A DNA stretch of 63,084 nucleotides, the filler included, from Nemertoderma westbladi (taxonomy: Eukaryota > Animalia > Xenacoelomorpha): assembly GCA_032718475.1 (NCBI GenBank). It is 3 parts of 3 records of this genome, joined end to end, with 100 filler letters (N's around TTAATTAATTAA, not from the genome) between each part and the next. Parts side by side here need not be neighbours in the genome. Positions count along the whole stretch, not along the records: positions 39,352 to 63,084 come from JAUCBJ010005763.1; 2 more parts are not named here. One strand, given 5' to 3'. Under the pieces are notes generated by a model. The model searched no databases. It saw only the letters and a program-made list of their open reading frames with translations, and was not told where the DNA came from. Of this stretch, positions 50,769 to 63,084 are shown piece after piece. Both the position numbers and the translations under genes were made by a program. Position 1 is the stretch's first letter, and the number at the start of each line of letters is the position of its first letter.

Positions 50769-53700
50769 TTACGTTGGGGATTCACTAGATGTTTGTTGGA
50801 TTAGGGAGGTGGTCGTGGAAAGAGTCTCTTGCCTTCCATAGTTACCGGACAACTCTCGGTCTCTTTCCAGCAAACATAAACGACCAACTGGGCGATTAGG
50901 TTGTTGTGTTTCGAATACAATTCCAGGTTTCTTAAAGTTACGTCTCATGACGACGAGTTCTAACGATCGCACTAAACCATCATCGGATATATGAGTCTCG
51001 ATGATACGACCTTGTCTGCCACCTCTTACGTGGAAGATCTGATTCCACGATAAGGACCATGTTTCCGGCACTGACGTTTTCTTGCTGCGCAAACCACTTT
51101 GTTCGGAGTTGTAGCATAGGAAGATAATGTTTTTCGAAATGGTCAGCGAAAGGATGGGATAATAACTGCATAAGTTGCCAAGTTTGTCGGCAGTATTCAT
51201 CTCCGTCCATGATTTCAGATTGAGGGAGCATGGCTACAGGTTTCTTTAGTAGGAAATGCGTGGGTGTTAGCGCTTCTAGGGAGTCGGGACTCGATGAGAC
51301 TGGCATAAGCGGTCTCTTATTAAGATAGGCGGCGATTTCTTCCATTAACGTCCGCAAAAGTTCGTCGGTGAGATACGCGCGGCATGGCACTATAAAGTGA
51401 AATGCAGTCTTCACGCTTCGTATTAGTCTCTCCCAACTTCCTCCCCACCAAGGGGCGTCGGCGGCGTTGAAGGTCCAGCTTGATGCTGTTACCCTTAGCT
51501 GATTGTCCACCTGTCTTTGGTTCCAATCTTTCAGGTAAGCTTTGATCTCATTATCGGCAACAATGAAGTTCGTTCCTTTGTCGGATCTCATAGTGTTGCT
51601 AGTCCCAAAACGAGCGATCTGTCGGCGTAAACTCAGTATGAAGCTGTTGGTAGATAGATCGTTCACCATATCTAGATGGATCGCTCTACAAGTCATACAG
51701 ACAAAGATGACACACCATCGCTTGACTATAGTCCTAGCACGATATACTTCAATAGGGCCAAATAAATCCACACCAGTATTAGTAAAGGGTGGTTCATAGA
51801 AGCTTACTCGTTCCCAAGGTAATTCTGCCTCTCGCTGTGTTAAAGGCCTACTAAATGCTTTCCTACAGGGTATAACAGTTCCTAAGAACTTGGTTTAGAG
51901 CTCTACGGGGCTTATGGAAATAATAGCGAGTTCGAATTTCGCTAAGAACTCGTTCTCTACCAGCATGGTAAAGTCTACTGTGAACATCTACAATCATCTT
52001 GATTTGTATTTCAAGATTTCTAATGAGTATGGGAAACTTAGTGTCAAAGGACAATGGAGCATTAGTTAATCTCCCTCCGACATGTATTAACCCATCTATC
52101 ATTGTGCTAGAGAAACAATCCCTTAAGCGCATCTGTGGATTTCTCAACAACAGGAAATACTTATCGGAACCTTCGTAGCATTGCAGGAGTCTCAGTATCT
52201 GCTTATTGGTATCCTCATGTTCTTGGTAACTGATCTTCTCAGTCAGAAACCTATCAGACACTCTATAAGTGGGAAGGTCTTTAATAGCATGGACCCTTTC
52301 AGATACTATTGGAGCGGTATCACTAGCGATCTTCGTCCTGGAATAGTGATGATGGAAACATCTTTTCAGATATACAACGGCCTTGCAAAGCTGATTTCAG
52401 GAGCTATAATGATCTATTGCTCTTTGTAGGAGAGGGGAGAGTCCTTGCGAGACATCTGGTGTTCCAGATTTCTAGTCTCTTTCCCTGATTTCTATAACGG
52501 ATTTATTCGTATTTCTCGTAACATCCGTGGGTGAGTTTAGATCCACAGCGTCGTCACCAGAGGTGTGTAGTACAGACAGATCTATCACGGGTTTAAATAA
52601 CTTTGATTTACTCGTCCGGGTTTTAGGTTTGACTTTCTCCGCTCCCTTGGCTTGTCTAATCTCCGCCGTGGTGAGATGAGGGGGCCATTCCTCCTCTTCT
52701 TTACTCAGGAAGTCGGGTCCACCTAACCAGTCTGGAGTGTCTATCAATTCTTGAGGAGTGGCTCCTCTGGAAGCGATATCAGCTGGATTAATCGTCCCAG
52801 GGCAATGTCTCCATTGATCTATATTAGAGCGACTGAGTATAATAGCTACTCTGTTGGTAATGAAGATGCTGAACTGACAGACTTCATTTGTTATATACTC
52901 CAGAATGAGTAAAGCATCAGTCCAATAGACAGTTTTCTCCAGTGGATAGTCGATCTGTTCTGTTACGTTCCGGCCGATGGCTGTGGCGTATAGAGCCGCC
53001 TTTAACTCCGCTCTAGGAACTCGTAGTTTGTTGTTTATTAGGGCCTTATAGGCGACCAATGAAACCTTAATTCCATCCGGAGTTTCAACCCTCAGGTAGG
53101 CTACTATACCTATTCCCATATCGCTGGCGTCTCTAAACACATGGAGTTGATAGGAATACGTGGGGAGAACGTGACCAAAATATGAATGGGAGATCTTAAA
53201 GTTCTCGATTGATGGTAGAGAATCTTCCCATTTCATCCACTTCTTTAGCAGTTCTCCCTGGAGTGGATCATCCCACGAGTGGTTTTCGAGCCACATTTGT
53301 TGTACTAAACTCCGAGCAACTAATATGACTGGGCTAATAAATCCCAATGGATCGAAATAAGTGCTCAGGATACTTAGACAAATCCGTTTAGTTCTAACTG
53401 GATTATCTCGTTTTTTTAACTGAAAGAATAAGATATCTCTCTCCGTGTCCCATTTTAATCCAAGAGTCTTGGTTTCTGGAAGATCGTCCTTAATGAGGTC
53501 CAGATCTTTAACACCTCGGTCTTCTACCGGGATCGATTCCAGAAACTCACAGGAGTTACTAGTTAATTTAGTTAGCCGAAATCCATCGCGTTGCCAGCAC
53601 TCTACCGTTCCCTTGGCAACATCAATGGCTTCTTCCACCGATGGGAGGGACTTTAAATTGTCGTCCATGTATATATCCCGTTTGATGTTGTCGATAACCG

Positions 53701-55424
53701 CTTTAGAGAAGGCGTCTCGGTTGTCATCGGCAGTGGTATGCACTACCGAACAAGCGTTCGAGGGGCTTGAGATGATCCCGAAAGCCTGGATCGTCATCCA
53801 GTACTCCACCGGTTTTCGGTTGAGGTCTCCTTCAGGCCACCACAGAAATCGTAGGCTGTCTCGATCCCTATCCAGCGCCTTGACTTGTAGGAACATGCCT
53901 TTGATGTCTGAAGCGAACGCGATCGAATATTGCCGCAGTCTTAGTAATATTCCTAACAAAGATTGGAGTAAGTTGGGTCCTGGCAACAGTTCTGAATTCA
54001 GGGATTGACCCATGTAAAGGGCGGAGCCGTCAAACACTACCCGGTCATTTGGTTTACCGGGCTTGGGAACGTAATGATGTGTCAGATAATATGTTCTCTC
54101 CATTATGGGTGTTTCTTCCGGAACTCGCTCCGCATATCCCTTATCTATAAATTTCTTCAGTTGGGTTTTATACATTTCCCTGGCTTGAACGTTAGTTGTC
54201 AGACGCCGATGTAGTTGTGCAATTCTTTTTTCCACTAAAGGTCGGTTATTTACGAAGCTGGGTTCTCGCCGTCGGAATGGAAGACCAATCTCATAGTGAC
54301 CTTCATCCTTCAGATAACGTGTGGTCGTTTCCTGAATCTGCTTGGCTCTCTCTTCTTCGACAGATAAAGCTTTGTCATAGGAATTAGGCTCTACGGCTTC
54401 TTGAGTAAAGAATCGTACGGCGTGTTCATCGCGTAGATTGTTATTATTACGGTCTACTACTTTGTTTAATTCATCATTGTACTTCAATGATTCGCTCTGT
54501 TGGTGGATAAGATTACATAGGTTGACTTGGTTTAACCAAGTTTGGTTCTCAGTGAGGAGATCAATGGCATTTTCCTCATCATATAAGTGGCTTATGTTGT
54601 CGTTATCTGAGGAGTATGGAGTTTCCTCAGCTGGAATTTCTTCTTCACTTATTTCTTCTTCCCATTCACTCACCTGGTGGATTCGTTCACTTGGGAGTCT
54701 TTCCAGAAAGGTCCTATGGGAAGGTCCCGTGAAGTACCAACCTACTCTCGTTCTTCCCGCATACGTCTGGAGTGGTTGTGGTCGAGCAGGCCGTTTTTCT
54801 AATGTCTCAAGCGCCTCGTGCGCATTTTGGCCGAATAAAATCTGCACCCCTGGATAATCCGTATTGAATCTAGGTATGTTGTGTTGCTGGGTAAAATGAT
54901 CTTCATCCCAGTTGTAAGGCTAGTAGCTAGTAGCAAAGTTCTTTATCGAACACCATCTTGACCGACCTAACACTATTTTCTCCTAGTTCATCCTGGGGAG
55001 TGGACAACGCACCCACGTAGTAATCTGTGGTTACTGTAGATTTCCAAACCTGCAGAATTCCGGAAAGGTTCAGTTTGGTTCGGAACTTTGGTTGACCTGC
55101 AAATATGTCTTCGGCTAGGTCTTTGTCGATAAAGGTGCCTGTGCTGCCGGAGTCAAGGAGGGCATTTACTATCAAGCTCTTCCCTATCCCATGGACCCTC
55201 AGTTGCACCACCGGGAATTCTCGGATACCTACAGATGAAGTTGGCACTTTACCAGAGAGCTGTCTTTCTGGAATAGGCAGTCGAGGATCTTCTCCATCTG
55301 TTTCTGTCTTGTACGTAAGTGCTCGATACACAGCTGTGTTGATCATATAACAGGATTCATTTTTGTCGGAGAATTCATCCGTGTAGAATCCTTCCATCTC
55401 CGAACTGTGGTCAGTGTCGTTCAC
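50769..55424 (-). pseudogene. pol: Family-2 BEL/Pao pol (PR, RT, RNase H, IN), disrupted
   Basis: ALLDSGST; FASDIKGMFLQV; IYMDD; HVFRDAS; DLFGP, RSDKGTNF, GGSWERLIRSVK. Confidence 0.95.
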
Positions 55425-55455
55425 ATCACTGAATTGGACAGTAGTTCGGGCTCAC

Positions 55456-58400
55456 TTACCTGACTCGTACGGGTTCTGTGTGCAGCAAGATATAATGTTT
55501 CGCGCCGCACTTAGCACACCTCGCGTCTGAGTAACAGGTCCGTTGTTGATGTCCTCGTCTGAGGCAATTATAACACAACCGCTTATCCCACATGACATCA
55601 CGTCTATCCTTCAGGGATTTCTTTAAGAATTCATCGCACCCACTCAAGCGATGTGGCCCGTCGCACATTACACATTTAGGTTTGATGTTACTTTCCTTAA
55701 CCTGCGTCATGTTGTGCACACTTGTTCTTTCTTCGGGCTTTCTTCCATGAATTTTCTTAGGAGACGTAGAGGAAGTTGTTACCTGTTCTCTCCTGTCACT
55801 GGTTCGAGACTTAGATTTACTTACATCTTTCCTAACTTTATTGACATAATAAGATCTTTCTGTGTCCTTACCGCTGTTCTCATCGTAAGAAGTTTGGCTT
55901 TCGCCATCGTCCGTATAACACACTGGTGTTACCTTTCTCCTAGTAACAGGGTTTTCACTTACCTTACTTTCCGGTGTCTTCTCTCTGGACTGCTTTAGGA
56001 GCTGTAATCTTACCTCTCCGTTTAAGAATGACATGAGATCAGCCATGGTAGGGTCTCTTTGTTGCTGGTCCATCATATAGAGAACCCTTTTGTCCCAATG
56101 AGTACCTACTCCACCTCTTGGCAAAGTTGATGCTATGGCTCCAACAACCATAGAACTCTGGTATTCCTGCGACTTAGCCAACCAGTCTAGCTGTCTACAG
56201 ATCTCTTGAATCTCATCGGAAAACTCTATAATCCCGCTGCTAAGAAACTTTCGGGGAGCCACTAATTTTGCATACAGATACCTAGCTATGTTAGTCCTGT
56301 TACCATACCTGATGTTTAGTGTATCCCAGACTTATCTTAATCCGTCTGGTTGTCCAATAAACTTTAACGCCATTAACTTGGGAGGTCCTTCCAAGCACTC
56401 GATGAGGAATCGAAGTTTCTCTCTGTTAGATAGTACAGAGTTCTGTATGTCATCTTTATAATATTCATTAAAAGGTAACCATTTCATCTCATCTCCATTG
56501 AACTTGACGACCTCTCCTACTTTTACCGCTTGACGGGCTTCCGTTATAGCCATCTGACGTGTAAAACTTTCTTTAGCCATCGTATTATTTGATATTGAAT
56601 TATCGATATATAAATTTCTCGGATTATGATCAGATCTGTATGGGATATCATTATCAACAGGCTTATAAATACCCTTAACAGGGTTTGCTATAGGAGTTTC
56701 TACTTCGCTAGCAGTATAGATGGGTGTAGGCTCCACACCTTGCGCATGAAATACTTCAGACCTAAAGGGCTGACACATTGTTACAGGGGGTGGTGGTATA
56801 TCCATTTGTATATTTACTAATTTATCGCGCTCTAAAGCGATACTTTGTTGTATTTCTTGCAGCTCTAACCTACTCTCTCTTACTGTTCCCTTTAACAGTT
56901 GAACAGTCCCTTCCAATTCTCGCACTTGCTCGGAAGATTTATTTTTGTTACCTTCCAGCTGTCCGAGCAGCTGTTCCATCCCCCGTCGTCCCTCGTCCAC
57001 CCACTCTACCACGGAGGCGGGAGTCGCCAGCTTATTAGCTGGATGGCGCTTCGGGACGACGGGAGACAATTTGTTTATAATGTCTTGCTCGGCGTCCAGG
57101 ACTGTTTGGGATTCCATCAGTTGTCTACTGGGCACAGGTAGTTTGGTACTGTGCAAAGGGAATTTAGAGTTAGGTTCTTGAAGCAAAGGGGTCTCTAACA
57201 AGGGAGAAGCTTCACTAACAGGCCTAATTATTTCAGGGCTCATCTACTATAGTAGGGAGTCTTTCTACTCTAATAATTCGGTCTGTAGGTTCTTGATTAC
57301 TTAAGTCTGTATTAGCTAGTTGCCTTCTCAATGCAGGAGGCATATTAGATAACTTCTGACGGTGTGGCGCTCTTCTACGTCCGCTTGAACGAGATTTATT
57401 ACCTTTTCCCTCAGGATCCGTTGTATCACCTTCATCAGAGGAGGTAAATCCCTGTCTTCTGGGAGTAGATCGACTCAGTAGTTGCATCTGAGTAGCTGCC
57501 CTTTGTTTATTTAAGTAATCTTGTTTCGCCTGAAGATTCTCCAACTCTAGTTGGGTTGTCGCTTCAGATGCCTTCCATTCTGCTTCTGCCACTGCCGCTT
57601 TTCTTTCAGCCTCTGCCGCTGCCGCCTTCCTTTCAGATTCTGCCGCTGCCGCTTTTCTTTCAGATTCTGCCACTGCCGCCTTCCTTTCAGATTCTGCCGC
57701 TGCTGCTGACCTTGGTCTTCTATTTGCCATTTCTTTATTTGTTCTTCTTGGTCCATGGTGATAAGGATGCTTTCATCAAATTTAACCTGCTCCGTGGCTA
57801 ATATTTCCGCATCTAAAGAATCTAACACGAATTTGGCTCCCTCACTATTAGGGTAAAGTCCAGCTAGCCGTCTCCTTAGCTCTTTGTCACCTATAAATCG
57901 TTGATAATCCGAGAGATAGATGTCAGTAGCATCCTTCTTCTGAGGTTTTTCGGATATCGCTTCGCCTTCCACATGAGAAAAGGTGGCATCTGTTGATTCT
58001 CCGTGGGTTATGCGCTCAGTTAGCTGAAATTTCAATTGTGTCGTTCCCTGGACCTTAACATTCACTCGCTGGAACCAAGTCTTTACAGCCACTTGCAACA
58101 ACGTGTCTTGGCTTCTCTTCGAGGCTTCCTCAAAGGCTGAAAGGATTAATCTGATCCGCAAGATACGTTCTCGCACTTGATAAAGCAGCTCTCCCTGCTC
58201 TCGAGGTCCTTATGGTTGTTGAAATAAATGTTCTTCTAGTCGTTCCAAGGAGTTGAAGAATCCCTGGACATACCCTGCTGCTGACCTCTTCAAAACAGCT
58301 GGATCTCGAGTGTCCCTTACTACCCCCATTCGGTATAAGTCTTCCCAGGCAGCTTCCGATAAGTTAAACGGGAGTCCGGGTCCGGGGAAGTTCCATTGCG

Positions 58401-58884
58401 TCTCTACAATAGACCTTAGTTCTTCCATCGTGTATCCCGCATAACTGTCCCTGGTCGATCTCTTATTTCTCATCCAATCAGCTTGATGTTCCTCCACAGC
58501 TATCAATACTCTAGTGAGTACGGCCCCAGGAAGAATTAGAAGAGGATCTGGATAAACTGCTTCTTCCATCCTTGCTCCGATCTCGGGCGTTAACTCTTCG
58601 GTATCGGAACTAGCATCGCTACGCAGTTGGGAAATAAGTTCTCGGTTCGGGTGTTGTTGTTGTTTGGCAGCTATCTCCTGGTCTCGCTTAACTTGCGCCC
58701 TAGTGCCTATAATAGACCTATGGTGCTTTACTAGCCTAGGGTCCGATACCACTACTGTAGGGATGACCTTTCTTACAGTAGGAGGGGATTTAGACTTCGG
58801 TCTGAGATGTTCTATACTTTGATCTGGGTCACAGATCGTTCTTTTTAGGAGACTATCTGACAGTGTTTGCTTTGTGTCAGACAT
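55456..58884 (-). pseudogene. gag: Family-2 BEL/Pao gag, disrupted
   Basis: DUF1759-like KFNGDEMKWLPF; knuckles CVMCDGPHRLSGC, CYNCLRRGHQQRTC, CAKCGAKHYILLH; 30-bp (AAESERKAA) repeat at 57575-57710. Confidence 0.92.
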
Positions 58885-60722
58885 AATTTATTTTACAGTT
58901 GAATGCCTACTACTATAATGACAGTTAAAGCAAGTCTAGAGGAATCAGTATCAACTGTCAGCCTAGTAGTTACCGATATCGTTACTCAGTGTAACGTGAT
59001 ATATATTTAATATTAAGTACCAGGATACACTTATAGTATATATATAAGTATTATTTACAGAGTAGGATCAGTCACAGAATACCGGTATATAATTTCAGCC
59101 TAAATTTTATATAAATATAATAAGCTTACCGTAAATACCAGTAATGTCAATTATTTAATAATAACTGATTTTCTGAATTTTAGGGATTACTTCCCTTTAC
59201 TTTGTTACTGATATTAAGCAGTAGTTCAACTGGTACTAAGACCTAATTGGTGTATAACAGGCCTACTATTTTATAAATCTGATTGAGTTGATTTATAAAT
59301 ATATATATATATACCCGTAATGGGTTTTGACAATATTTGAAATAAATGTTAATATTTCTGGATAAGAAGTCACTACACAGAAGCAGAACGCTCTCAGTGG
59401 AGTGCTACTTGTTAGACACTAATACGGATAATTCTACTAAACTAAGTTACTTATCACTACAAATTACTTACGAATCGGTTGAGATTACAATCTCTAAATA
59501 AACAATAAACAAGTTACACGTACAATTTTTAGGGTAATTTTAACAAGAAATCTACGAACCAGCCTAACAAGGAGTTAGAAATTTCTGGTTCTTATAAACT
59601 GACAGGAAACTACGGTAGTTGAAACCAATAAAGTAGTAGTAAGTAAGTTGCTTTGTCCAGATAAGGAAATACCACCGTCTGACGACTTATAATCTTAAAC
59701 TATAAGTACTATGTTATGTAACCAGAGTGTCCTTTACCTAGAGGTTAATTATCGAAGCCAACCAGAGCTAACGGACCATATAAACCACATTACAACACAA
59801 ATATACTGCCTACACACTAAATTACTTTCGGAAAGTACTGTACTCTAAACCCTAAATTAGGTACAAGTACTTATACAACAAATAACCAGCAGTTAAATAT
59901 ACGTGAACAGCCAAAAGAACCACGGTATCTGCTGGAGTGACCGGAGCACAAAATCACAAGTCTTTACCTACACCAAGCAGCCCCGATGTAGTACCGGGTT
60001 TAATTTAAATGGTATGTAAATGGTATGTATAACAAGCACAATTACTGTAGGAATAAACTTGGGGAATTGGAGGGTGCGAATACTCGCAAAAACTCTGAAT
60101 AATAAATATTACACTACCCGTACAAACTATTCAAATAAAACGTAGACCAAATGCTGGCAGACTACTGTCAAGCCAAAATAAACTACAGTATATGCAAACT
60201 CCGAAATGGTTAGTTAGTAGGCGTTCTAACCAAGTAGTACGGCTTATTCTTTCGGGGAGGATTTACCTTACAGCACTGGATGCCTCCACCTTCCTAACTA
60301 GCACTTTATCGGACAGACACTTTACATACACTGCAATTGCCTCAGACCTAACAACAGATAGACAACAATCCGGCCTACCAATTATTTATACAATCTGAGC
60401 AGGCTTACATGCCTTCTGCTCAATATTACACTTACAGATAAATAAAACTGACAGAAATAAGTAAAATCCCAATAAAAACCAGGGCTGCAGTCCCCGATTA
60501 AATAGTAAGACCTACCGGTATATAATTATCACAATCGAAATAATACTGCTGTACCTGTATGTACCGGTTCGGATCAGGCCTACAGTTTACCGTCCTACCG
60601 GTATATTCAACTTTATTGCCTACGGCGCAATAAAGAAACCCTAAATCTATTAATGTTCTCACCAGAACATTAGACAAAATATATTTATTGCCTACTGCGC
60701 AATAAAGAACTAAATCTATTAA

Positions 60723-61854
60723 TGTTCGCGCTTTCAGACCTTTAGCAGTTTAACCTGCCAATTTTAGTTGTCATCTTGTTTATAAATCGACTCTAGCCTT
60801 TACCAATTACCTGGTGTACTGAAGTTACATCTGCCGAAGCCAGTCCGTGCGCGCAGTATGACCCACGGTGTGGGAGACTGGATTCGGACTCCTTGGGAAG
60901 TATTGCAGTGTAGACCTACTGTATTATTCGATTGATCACTACTATATAATCTCTGACAAATATATTTACTTTCGGGGAAATATTAACAGTTCCTTTAGGA
61001 CGTGGCGCTTTAAGTATAGAAACAGAGTTATGACTTATACTAATCACAACTAGATGGCCACAGAGTTTCTTAAATAGCGCATTCTTTAGGAGATGCTTTA
61101 TTAACCTTCACACTACATCACACGACTTTACACTACTTCACACTACTTTACTCTACTTCGCACTAATTTGCCGACCGTCACTGAATTTGATCATATATAA
61201 AGAGGATTGCAACTGACACACGTAGGGATTATGAAATAGCATTTAATTCACACAAAACCACTATAATTTAAGTCGCAGTTGCTATCGGTAGACTCTATTC
61301 CTCTTACCTCAGTAATCCATAAGATTGAGGGGTTTATGATTATTTATCGGTATTCTCCAAATATAACATCAACATCCATTAATATAACAACAATTAATAC
61401 TATAAAACAGAAGTAAAATAGTGCGGTGAACAGTCAGTATGTGTTACTATGCAGTGGTCCAGATGTGAGTTGAGATGACAAGGTGATTAAGTTAATAGAT
61501 TTACGTTCTTATAACCAAGGCCATCAGATGTTCCTGGGCCAAAGTCTGAAACTTCCGTACAGAAGCACAGAATTCTGAGTTGAATCTAATTCTCAGAAAA
61601 GTAATAATAACCATCATGCATTGCGCGAATTTTTCAGGTAGGGCTCTGTTAGCCATAAAGTGAAAATTGCTCTGATTGGCTAAAAGCCGGAACAAAGAAA
61701 CCTCCACGTACACAGAGAATCAGCTGACAGATTTCGTCATCCTGGTTCTAATTTCTTTCCGACGCGTAGTTGAATAATATTATTATTATTATTATTTTAG
61801 AGTATTCTGCGCATTGCGTAAAAATGACTTGTTATGTCCTCAAAAGTTTTTACA
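60723..61854 (-). repeat. Family-2 LTR shared between two tandem internal domains
   Basis: TGTAAAAAC...GCGCGAACA; homolog of solo LTR 19960-21064; PPT-like TGGGAG upstream and gag leader downstream. Confidence 0.85.
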
Positions 61855-61932
61855 CAGCTCCCAGAAAATGGGATTTAAGTCTATAAAATATAAAAAATCA
61901 CAGTTTCTAAAATACAAAAATACTCTAAACTA

Positions 61933-63084
61933 TTAGTCCTTCTTTCGTGAACGGCGTTTACGAAGTTTTTTGAGGCTAGTAAGAGTCTTTCTCTCTTTGG
62001 GGCAAGCCACTTTACTAGGAGGGATATATCTCCTGGGTGAGGGGTGCAATACGATTGCATCGGAAGGTTTAGGGTTACGGTCGCTGTACCCGCCAGTCGA
62101 GGTACCCGGTTGATCGATATCAACCTCAGTAGAACGAGGTCGAACAACCTTTAGAGCGCGTTTCAAGACAGCAGCTCTAACTGGTCCCTGATGGGTCGTT
62201 TGCACAATTGCGGTAGGTTGACCGTGTATCGTGAGAAATTTCCTCGGTTTGATGGTTCTCTCCAACTCGCGTTCTCTGGCTTTATATTCATATGGTCGTC
62301 TATGAACTTCTTGTAGCTCTGGATGCGAGTTTATGAACAAGTCACCGTATTCCGGATCTTGACAGATGAAGTTGATCAAGTTATAGGAATTCAGGTTATT
62401 AGGATTAATATTCCTAAGATACTTGCGAACAAATTTAGTTGAAATATTCTCGCCAACACGCTTCATCAGCTCGTAGCTAGGAGTGCGAGATTTTTGCTCG
62501 ACGGAAGCAAAGAGATAAGGGTGAAACGCATAGACTCCTTCATAAGCACATCCGGGATAGTATCGATGACATGATTCGCAATGGAGATCCGCGTTAGCTT
62601 CCCAAGCTCTGATGTAATGCAGGGCAACCATTTCGTCTACGCTTTCTAGATCTCGGATGAAAGGGCAATAGAAACTTGCGTGTCCTTTAAACTGACAATG
62701 ATGACATTGAGTCATAAATTGAGGACAGACTGCGAAGATGTGGAGATTATTAAGTCTACAATACGCACAATAAATCTCCATAGCAGGTTGATCTTTAAAG
62801 TAGGAGCAGGGTACGCTGGAGTCCACCGGGGTAAAGTGATCTCGTGATGCACATAATCGGCAACGTTTCCTAGAAACATAATTGGCATGCCGATAATCGT
62901 ATGCTGTGAGACATTGTGGACCTTGATACCATTCCAGCACATAATCATTGTCGCTGCTCCTGGGCGCTGTGGGTTGAATCTCCTCAGACTCCAAGCAAAT
63001 TGGTTCGTCTTCCAATTGCATAACTGAGGTAGGTGTAGCTGTTTCCTCAAGTGAACCCACTGTTTGAACTTCCACAATAGAATA
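61933..63084 (-). CDS. C-terminal Cys/His zinc-finger part of ORF3 of an upstream BEL copy (open, cut by the window edge)
   Basis: CRLC...H, YCAYC...H...VCP.....CHHCQFKGH....C matches the pattern of 8070-8903; stop lies ~80 bp before the LTR. Confidence 0.75.
   Translation of the reverse strand, partial: YSIVEVQTVGSLEETATPTSVMQLEDEPICLESEEIQPTAPRSSDNDYVLEWYQGPQCLTAYDYRHANYVSRKRCRLCASRDHFTPVDSSVPCSYFKDQPAMEIYCAYCRLNNLHIFAVCPQFMTQCHHCQFKGHASFYCPFIRDLESVDEMVALHYIRAWEANADLHCESCHRYYPGCAYEGVYAFHPYLFASVEQKSRTPSYELMKRVGENISTKFVRKYLRNINPNNLNSYNLINFICQDPEYGDLFINSHPELQEVHRRPYEYKARERELERTIKPRKFLTIHGQPTAIVQTTHQGPVRAAVLKRALKVVRPRSTEVDIDQPGTSTGGYSDRNPKPSDAIVLHPSPRRYIPPSKVACPKERKTLTSLKKLRKRRSRKKD

Larger units (their letters stand above)
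39352..61854 (-). mobile_element. BEL/Pao LTR retrotransposon, family 2 (LTR, 1.8-kb leader, gag-pol, ORF3; 3' end lost in the gap; contains a nested insertion)
   Basis: LTR at 60723-61854, BEL domain order, extra ORF downstream of integrase. Confidence 0.9.

Overview
Eukaryotic (probably invertebrate animal) repeat-rich genomic DNA with two 100-nt scaffold gaps. The only clear host gene is a two-exon SmB/SNRPB (31642-31830 + 36372-36635). Its intron carries about 80 tandem 29-bp copies of its own 3' splice site, many reading AG|GTAAT like recursive splice points. Most of the rest is BEL/Pao LTR retrotransposons. Family 1 (minus strand, 6404-~18825) sits in a (TTCTGTTG)n microsatellite. Family 2 has two minus-strand copies sharing one LTR (60723-61854), plus a solo LTR and an LTR stub. 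A young non-autonomous BEL element (40996-47235) is nested in family 2. Both autonomous families carry, where env would be, a homologous extra ORF encoding a WRN/EXD/Mut-7-like DEDDy 3'-5' exonuclease followed by a Cys/His zinc-finger domain. Also present: a CR1-type LINE, three RTE 3' fragments, several MITE/foldback elements and satellites. All coordinates and identities were read by eye.
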